A DNA stretch of 19,097 bases from Tubiluchus corallicola (taxonomy: Eukaryota > Animalia > Priapulida). A model generated the notes under the pieces. It made no database searches. It was not told the origin of the DNA and saw only the letters and a program-made list of their open reading frames with translations. The position numbers and the translations under genes were made by a program. Positions 8,149 through 16,195 of this stretch are shown here, one piece after another; the stretch's first letter is position 1, and every line of letters starts with the position of its first letter. The stretch covers positions 1-19,097 of the forward strand of contig JAQGDQ010000641.1 of NCBI GenBank assembly GCA_030141605.1, written 5' to 3'.

Positions 8149-10575
8149 ATGGAAATGCTGAGTTTAATGCAAATGCTGTTTCTCAATCTCCTACTTGGAG
8201 TAACACTTGTTGGTAGTTGTGGATGGTCAACCACATCGGGCTCTCAGTTCCAGCACCGGGTCACGCAAAGCAGACGCACTGGTGGTGATGTTGCAGATAG
8301 TGGGTACAGCCATGGTGTCAGCTTGGGAGGAATGGGTGGTGATGTTGCAGGTAGTCATGGTGTCAGCTTGGGAGGAATGGGTGGTGATGTTGCAGGTAGC
8401 GGGTACAGTGGTGGACAAGGAGACTGTGCTTTTGTAGGTAGTGGATACAGTCGTGGACAAGCAGACAGCAGTTTTGTAGGTACTGGGTACAGTAGTGGAC
8501 AAGGAGACAGTGCTTTTGTAGGTAGTGGATACAATCATGGACAAGGAGACAGTGCTCTTGTAGGTAGTGGGTACAGTAGTGGACAAGGAGACAGTGCTTT
8601 TGCAGGTAGTGGATACAATCATGGACAAGGAGACAGTGCTCTTGTAGGTAGTGGATACAATCGTGGACAAGGAGACAGTGCTCTTGTAGGTAGTGGATAC
8701 AATCGTGGACAAGGAGACAGTGCTCTTGTAGGTAGTGGATACAACCGTGGACAAGCAGACAGAGCTTTTGCAGGTAGTGGATACAGTCGTGGACAAGCAG
8801 ACAGAGCTTTTGCAGGTAGTGGATACAATCGTGGACAAGGAGACAGTGCTTTTGCAGGTAGTGGATACAATCGTGGGCAAAGAGACAGTGCTCCTGCAGG
8901 TGCTGGGTACAGTAGTGGACAAGGAGACAGTGCTTCTGTAGGTAGTGGATACAATCGTGGACAAGGAGACAGTGCTTTTGCAGGTAGTGGATACAATCGT
9001 GGGCAAAGAGACAGTGCTCCTGCAGGTTGGTACATAGTGGACAAGGAGACAGTGCTTCTGTAGGTAGTGGATACAATCGTGGACAAGGAGACAGTGCTTT
9101 TGCAGGTAGTGGATACAATAGTGGACAAGGAGACAGTGCTTTTGTAGGTAGTGGGTACAATCGTGGACAAGGAGACAGTGCTTTTGCAGGTAGTGGATAC
9201 AATCGTGGCAAGAGACAGTGCTCTGAGGTTGGTACATGTGGACAAGGAGACAGTGCTTCTGTAGGTAGTGGATACAATCGTGGACAAGGAGACAGTGCTT
9301 TTGTAGGTAGTGGATACAATCGTGGACAAGGAGACAGTGCTTCTGTAGGTAGTGGATACAATCGTGGACAAGGAGACAGAGCTTTTGTAGGTAGTGGATA
9401 CAATCGTGGACAAGGAGACAGTGCTTCTGTAGGTAGTGGATACAATCGTGGACAAGGAGACAGTGCTTCTGTAGGTAGTGGATACAATCGTGGACAAGGA
9501 GACAGTGCTTTTGTAGGTAGTGGATACAATCGTGGACAAGGAGACAGAGCTTTTGTAGGTAGTGGATACAATCGTGGACAAGGAGACAGTGCTTTTGCAG
9601 GTAGTGGATACAATCGTGGACAAGGAGACAGTGCTTCTGTAGGTAGTGGATACAATCGTGGACAAGGAGACAGTGCTTTTGTAGGTAGTGGATACAATCG
9701 TGGACAAGGAGACAGTGCTTCTGTAGGTAGTGGATACAATCGTGGACAAGGAGACAGTGCTTCTGTAGGTAGTGGATACAATCGTGGACAAGGAGACAGT
9801 GCTTCTGTAGGTAGTGGATACAATCGTGGACAAGGAGACAGTGCTTCTGTAGGTAGTGGATACAATCGTGGACAAGGAGACAGTGCTTCTGTAGGTAGTG
9901 GATACAATCGTGGACAAGGAGACAGTGCTTCTGTAGGTAGTAGATACAATCGTGGACAAAGAGACAGTGCTCCTGCAGGTGCTGGGTACAGTAGTGGACA
10001 AGGAGACAGCGCTTCTGCAGGTAGTGGAAACAGAGGTGTGCATCGAAGTAATTTTCTCAATGAAGGCACCGTTAAAAATCGTAGGACGTACGTTTATAAC
10101 AAATTCAGACAAACCAAAGATCATCACAGACATGCAATCGTAGGTTTACAACCAAAAGGCACAAATGTAGGCGCTAACATAAACTCCGGGAACATGCCAA
10201 ATGATCATGCATATCCTAAAAGGTATACAGCACAAAGAAACATACGCACTCGTGCAAGTAACAAGCCATCCTCAGAATTCATTGGACAACGCACAGATCT
10301 GGAAAGGGCACTTGCAGAAATCAATGGACAACATGCAGAAATGGGAAGATCTGTTGCTCACGGGCCCGGATCCCGAGCTGGGGAATCATTATATTTTAGA
10401 GAGGACTGTAGTGTATTTTACAGACTGTTCAACCAGCTGGATAATCGATATGATCTACTTCAGCACAGAAGTTACGATCTTGACGCCAACAAACTTGTGA
10501 CCCTGGCAGAAGTGGAAGCGGTACTTGGCAGAAGGAGCGACGTAATGCAAGTCTTTGCCAGTGTCGACTGTGACG
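8149..10575 (+). CDS. First coding exon of a secreted Gly/Ser-rich tandem-repeat protein with C-terminal EF-hands; apparent frameshift near 9027-9037
   Basis: ATG lies 6 nt after an acceptor-like TGTTTTAG (AG at 8141-8142). Hydrophobic signal peptide MLFLNLLLGVTLVGSCG. ORFs 8149-9063 and 9027-10583 carry the same 14-aa repeat in different frames. EF loop DLDANKLVTLAE starts at 10476. Donor GACG|GTACGT at 10575/10576 (phase 1). Confidence 0.88.
8413..10028 (+). repeat. 42-bp coding tandem repeat (~38 units) encoding GQGDSA(S/F/L)(V/A)GSGYNR
   Basis: Unit ggacaaggagacagtgcttctgtaggtagtggatacaatcgt; most homogeneous over 9240-9940. Confidence 0.97.
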
Positions 10576-10785
10576 GTACGTGATTATGCTGTTAAAATGA
10601 GTTTACTCCCATGCATTAGCATTGATTTTGTGTATTCATTGATTTTAGGTAAAACGGCAATTCTCCATATCCATTTGCAATTTCTGTTAACAGATGATAC
10701 TAAAGTTGAAAATGTCCCCCCCCCATACACAATCAGATTTACAAGTTATACCACATAGCTGCCATACATGTATATATATGGCAGC

Positions 10786-10817
<32 letters not shown>

Positions 10818-10819
10818 TA

Positions 10820-11185
10820 CAGGGCCTAGTTCAAGGGGGGGAAAGTGGGGATACTTCCCCGGGGCCTCACCCTCCAGGGGGGCCTCGCGCCAAGGTAACA
10901 TTGTTTTTGCTTTATGCGAACATACTGCCTCCTCTCTCCCTCTCTCTTGCCGCACGTGCACCGCTTGCCAGTATTGACAAGTATTAAGGACTGGTCTTGG
11001 GAATAAAAGTTTTTCTTTCAATTGTTCTTTCCTTTAACAACTGTATAACTCCATATTTTCTTTAGAAAATGCTTCTCCGGCGTTCTAGCAGTTCAAAAAT
11101 TTTCTGGGCGCCAACCATGGTAGTGCCCGGCCCCCGGCGCTTCGCCCCACTTCCCCGGGCCTCGCCTAGGCTGAAATAGGCCATG
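10820..11185. mobile_element. hAT-like MITE (366 bp) inserted in a (TA)n tract within the intron
   Basis: TIRs CAGGGCCTAGTTCA / TGAAATAGGCCATG (12 of 14 complementary). Flanks tatatata / tacatata are compatible with an 8-bp TSD. GC-rich subterminal motif acttccccggg(g)cctc occurs near both ends. Confidence 0.7.
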
Positions 11186-11464
11186 TACATATATATATAT
11201 ATCTAAACCAACACGTGCATGCATATATGCATGTCATGTATCAGGTAGCTTGAGTTAGGTTTAAATAATAAACTAAATAAGTTTAATCTAGTACATGGAA
11301 TAATAATCAGGGTGGTATGATCATATACACACTGCAAGCTCCAGTATTAGTTGTCTATTCTGTCAGTTCAACATATTTTATTTCTATTTTTGCGTTCACA
11401 ACATTTTAATTTGGAAATTTAGCTCAATATTTCCGGGCATTTTACGCTTTTTATTAATTTACAG

Positions 11465-11544
11465 GCAACGGTTTGGTGACATGCGAGGAGTTTCTTCATG
11501 CTCCATTGTGGCCCTCAGCAATCAGAAATATGGTAACGTGTTGA
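11465..11544 (+). CDS. Last coding exon of the Gly-rich EF-hand protein (GNGLVTCEEFLHAPLWPSAIRNMVTC*)
   Basis: Acceptor TTTTTATTAATTTACAG|GC. The phase-1 join reconstitutes a canonical EF-hand loop DCDGNGLVTCEE-F. TGA at 11542-11544. Confidence 0.9.
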
Positions 11545-11770
11545 CCAGCAGGCAACTCTAACCTCAGACTGTGCTACCAGTGTTGAAAAATCTACTAAAC
11601 AGAAGTGATCGTTTACCAAGCCGGGTCAGAAAATTAATGGGTGACTGCCGGGAAAGCTGCGTCTGGTATTTTACCTCGCAGATGGAGAATGAGTAAAGTG
11701 CATCAAATTGGTCATGGCACAAACATTTCAGTATTTCAACCTAAAGTATTATTATCCCAGATGATGAGAA

Positions 11771-12403
11771 TGTTTCCACCAAGTCATGACCATCTCCTCC
11801 TATTCAGTCCTGTTTTCACCAAGTCATGACCATCTCCCCCTATTCAGTTCTGTTTTCACCAAGTCATGACCATCTCCCCCTATTCAGTTCTGTTTCCACC
11901 AAGTCATGACCATCTCCTCCTATTCAGTTCTGTTTCCACCAAGTCATGACCATCTCCTCCTATTCAGTTCTGTTTCCACCAAGTCATGACCATCTCCTCC
12001 TATTCAGTCCTGTTTCCACCAAGTCATGACCATCTCCTCCTATTCAGTTCTGTTTCCACCAAGTCATGACCATCTCCTCCTATTCAGTGCTGTTTCCACA
12101 GAGTCATGACCATCTCCTCCTACTCAGTGCTGTTTCCACCAAGTCATGACCATCTCCTCCTATTCAGTTCTGTTTCCACCAAGTCATGACCATCTCCTCC
12201 TATTCAGTTCTGTTTCCACCAAGTCATGACCATCTCCTCCTATTCAGTCCTGTTTTCACCAAGTCATGACCATCTCCCCCTATTCAGTTCTGTTTTCACC
12301 AAGTCATGACCATCTCCCCCTATTCAGTTCTGTTTCCACCAAGTCATGACCATCTCCTCCTATTCAGTTCTGTTTCCACCAAGTCATGACCATCTCCTCC
12401 TAT
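11771..12403. repeat. 40-bp minisatellite, ~16 units
   Basis: Unit tgtttccaccaagtcatgaccatctcctcctattcagttc, which contains the palindrome GTCATGAC. Confidence 0.98.
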
Positions 12404-12474
12404 ACAATTTCCGTCCGGAGCACTAAACTTAACACGGCCTACCAACTGTACAATAATTTCTTTATCCTCACAGG

Positions 12475-12757
12475 TTAACTATTTTAAAGTAATATACAGT
12501 ATAGTATAAAGTGCACAGTATATAGGCTTCATTAAGGTGATTATTTCTGTATAATATAGACCATATATTTAACTATTTTAAAGTAATATACAGTATAGTA
12601 TAAAGTGCACAGTATATAGGCTTCATTAAGGTGATTATTTCTGTATAATATAGACCATATATTTAACTATTTTAAAGTAATATACAGTATAGTATATAGT
12701 GCAATGTATATAGGCCTTACTTAAGGTGATTATTCCTGCATAATATAGACCATATAT
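12475..12757. repeat. 94-bp AT-rich tandem repeat, 3 copies
   Basis: ttaactattttaaagtaatatacagtatag... starts at 12475, 12569 and 12663; the third copy is diverged. Confidence 0.95.
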
Positions 12758-12761
12758 AGGC

Positions 12762-12838
12762 ATATCGGATAAATCGGACAATCCGCTAAATCGGACCCCC
12801 CCCCCCCCCAATTAGTCCGGTTTAACGAGGACTGACTG
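12762..12838. mobile_element. One end of a Tc1/mariner (Tigger/pogo-like) MITE
   Basis: Minus strand reads TA|CAGTCAGTCCTCGTTAAACCGGAC, with repeated subterminal aaatcggac motifs; TA at 12839-12840. I could not find the partner TIR. Confidence 0.5.
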
Positions 12839-13002
12839 TATTAAAGAGAAAAAACCAGCATCTTAACAGGGCAACCTGAAATGCAAAGAGCTATAACTCG
12901 GGCCACACACGGCGAACAAACCACACAAGAACTACAACGGACAGTTGGCTCCCTCAAGAGTGACTTCAAAAACAAAGACAGCAGAGCAACAGGCTTTAGC
13001 TG

Positions 13003-13729
13003 TCAAATTAATCAATTAGATGATTTAATTAAATTGAATATTGCAGTATTCATGTATAAATCCAATAATAGACTATTTCCTAAGTTTCTTGCAATTCCTG
13101 TCAAATTGACATCTAAGAGACATAATACAAGATATAATCAATACATTGTGCCTTTCTGTAGAACCAACATAGCTAAACATTTTATAATATATCAAGGACC
13201 AAAAGTCTGGAATGAGATTTGTCAATCCGGAAAAAATAGCAGATCTATTAGTAGATTTAAAAAAAAATGCTAAAAAATCAAATTTTATGTAAGTATCAGT
13301 GAGTAATCAAAACTACTATCAGTATCCATCCTCACAGTAGTTGCAAAACAGCGGTGTTAGCTTAATCAAGTTATCTTAATTTTACATACTATTAACAAAT
13401 AATAGTCTTTCTATCTTTTATATCATCTCATATATGAGCTTCATTCATTACATCATTCCGTTTTAAGCACTACTGTTTTTTATCACACGATTCACTTTAA
13501 ATTTTCAGATTATTTCCATTACTTTTTCTATCACTGTGTGGGACAATCTAACAAGCCCTGCTTTTTGATTGCCCGCAACACATTTACATTTGTATATAGG
13601 TGAACAGTGTTTGAGGCTTTTCCTGTGCAGTATTTCTTATTTGTATTATGTTCATTGTAGGCCCTTTCACTAGATATTGTACATGAAACTATTGTGAATG
13701 TGTAATGTGAAATAAATGACTTATGACTT
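13003..13729 (+). mobile_element. 5'-truncated LINE (CR1/L2-group): ORF2 C-terminus, 3'UTR and tail
   Basis: Peptide ...FMYK...FPK...HNTR...P.CRT...I.YQGPKVWNEI....K...SISRFKKK matches the typical post-RT C-terminus of this group. Hairpin near 13538-13576 and tail GAAATAAATGACTTATGACTT. Confidence 0.85.
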
Positions 13730-14814
13730 CTGAGAGTTGTCAAGTGTCTTGTACAGTAAGGAGTGGCGGCTCATAGCTAAAATTACTGGGGGTGCTGCTT
13801 CAGAAAAATTTTAGCTATTATTTCAATTCTGTTTAAAACATAACAAACGTGTAATTTTAATGTTGTAGTTTTATTTGAAGATCTGGTGTTGAACGACCTC
13901 TTTTATTAACTGCAACTTTCTCATAGAGAGGCAACTGTGAAAAATTAAGCTGATGCAGTCACAGAACTTATTTCTTGGGGATGGAAGGCATCCATTATTA
14001 GATAATTTATGTTTTAAGCACGCACGCTAAGTTTACACTTTTTCACATCCAAGAATATGTGTAAATGTGTAAGGTGAAATAAATGACTTATGACTTATGG
14101 CTAGTGCTGTGATAAGATCAATTGTGACTATCCCAGCGTGCATGATGCCTGACTGTAAAACTTAGCCAAAACTGGTTTTATTATATGATAAACCTGGTAT
14201 TTACCATCCTAATCTATTCTTAGCAAACCTATCAGTCGAGTAAATTATTTATTTTGTTAAGTTCCAGAAGCTGCTGTACTAGAAGACTGCATTTTAGTGT
14301 ATTCCACTGATACCTGAGGGTGAAAATTGTTTATGAAACACGTAAAAAACTTGTGCAAATCTCGTGTTATACATGATCATAGCATCTGGTGACTTAAAGT
14401 TTACTCAGACGATTAAGTTTCTACTTGGAGTGAGGAATGATCACATTTAACAAGACTGAAACGTGAGTGCATTATATTCTGTACAAATTTGTAAGTACTT
14501 TAACTCACTGGTTTTCAATAACTGAAAAATGGCAAAAGATGAGATTGTGCTTTGAAAATTCTAAAACTAATAGTCATGAGAAACGTCCTAGTAACTCATT
14601 TTTAGTCGCATCGTCATGTGTAAATATGTAAATATTGCTTACCAAATGCTTCTCTTTGAACTAGCCTAGATCTCATTTATACCAACCCACGACGAAAATT
14701 ACTTACAGTGTTCCTTAACAGATGGGCACATACCTTCTGAAGGTAGAGTCACATGACAATCACGTTTTCAATTTATTGCGAACAAACTTTATTCTGAATT
14801 GTGAACAGACTTAT

Positions 14815-15181
14815 TTTCGATGTGCGCACGTACCGTTGCTGCATATCAAAGATTTTAAGTGTCCACAGCAATGTATCTTAACTACAACCGTCACCTGACA
14901 TGTGTGTAAAGCAAAGCCATCTGCTGCTTTAAATTCAGTAACTTCAGTTGTTTTACACGAACTTTAGTTAACTATGCATTAGTCTGAGTATAGAGTGATT
15001 TAATTGCAGGATTTGTTTGGGAACAAGAAAAAATGAACTACGTAAGGCTCTAGCTAGCTGTTAAAACTGTTATTATTACAACAGCATGGGCTGAGAGGCA
15101 TTGTCAAGTGCATACAAATGTGTTGTCTGGTACACTTAACCTTTGACCTCAGCATCAATTGCTGGAACTGTGAAAAGGCTT
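14815..15181 (+). mobile_element. MITE-like family copy 3
   Basis: Homologous to about 3876-4240; ends ggaactgtgaaaaggctt. Confidence 0.75.
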
Positions 15182-15410
15182 ATTATTTTGGTATTTTAGG
15201 CAAAGAAACTTAGTGTAGCACTATGTATCGTGTCCTAAGTACAGAAATTATAACCTTTTTTGAGCAAAAGGCCTTAGTCAAGCTGATTACAAAGTAAGGT
15301 TAAGACAGATTCATTTATAAACACATAAAAGTTGTTTATTTTCTAATAATTATCTGATAGCAATATTTAAAAGTAAATGTGCATCTTCTGTATGATTAAG
15401 CAGGAGTGCA

Positions 15411-15505
15411 GTAAGTAGGTAGGTAGGTAGGTAGGTAGGTAGGTAGGTAGGTAGGTAGGTAGGTAGGTAGGTAGGTAGGTAGGTAGGTAGGTAGGTAGGT
15501 AAGTA

Positions 15506-15543
<38 letters not shown>
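15411..15543. repeat. Compound tetranucleotide microsatellite (GTAG)n-(GTAA)n-(GCAA)n
   Basis: Directly visible; it forms the tail of the retroelement. Confidence 0.97.
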
Positions 15544-16116
15544 TATCTTTATTTATCACATTTTTTTACAAGACAAACACAATGCATGGTACGATAATAT
15601 GGTAATATGATACAAAGTGACAAGGTTATTAAATGAATAAATTATCTGAGTTAATGGTGTTCAAGTGATTGGTGAAAGGGTGGCGAAAAACTAAAAGTTA
15701 CCAAAGTCAACCACCCTGTAAGTAATGTTGCTATTATTAATTAATCATATGCGCAATTATCTTGATGAAGATTTTCAGAATAGTGAATGGTGAATAGATT
15801 AATGAATAGTACTAATGGCTACATATATATATTTATACATACATATATACACATAGATACACGTGCATATATTATATACCCAAATGGATACCCATGCGCT
15901 TATTTATGCACATATACATACACACATATATATACACGTAAATATGCCTACCTAGCAGAAAAAAGTAATAAAAAAAACAAAGTTGTTAAGACTATCAGGC
16001 AATAGGGGTATAGACATAACATAATGTACAATTTCACAAGTAGCAGTGCAATTATATATATATATAAAGATGTCATTGTTACTATTTCCTTTTAACTATT
16101 TCTATAGTAAAATTCA
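15411..16116 (-). mobile_element. ~706-bp 5'-truncated non-LTR retroelement insertion
   Basis: Absent from copy A (empty site caggaatgcactcaatataac near 7626-7646) and flanked by tgca at 15407-15410 and 16117-16120. Minus strand shows a stem-loop (15677-15717), then AATAAAGATA and a microsatellite tail. Confidence 0.85.
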
Positions 16117-16195
16117 TGCACCCAATATAACAGTGAAGCGTCACACGCACGAACTAGTCTTAATGCTTATTGGTTGGTTTTGTAACTGAGTTTCT

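Noticed and set aside
8413-10028. Possible neuropeptide precursor (repeated units each containing Arg and Gly)
   Set aside because: Units lack the Gly-Lys/Arg amidation-cleavage order and dibasic sites (the order is R-G), and a C-terminal EF-hand pair fits a matrix protein better.
8227-10133. Long minus-strand ORFs (336, 504 and 568 aa) of PCPRLYPLP or STIVSTT repeats
   Set aside because: Antisense shadows of the 42-bp repeat. Only the plus strand has a signal peptide, splice sites and an EF-hand domain.
12881-13273. 130-aa ORF as a host gene
   Set aside because: The C-terminal 90 aa are a LINE ORF2 remnant; the first 40 aa appear to be fortuitous upstream sequence.
14707-14736. Possible 30-nt minus-strand exon (CTTCAG|KVCAHLLRNT|GTAAGT) that would join in phase to ALHWAA
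   Set aside because: Poor fit to the ankyrin D..G.T consensus, it contains an internal AAG|GTATGT donor, and such short matches arise by chance. It would need RNA evidence.
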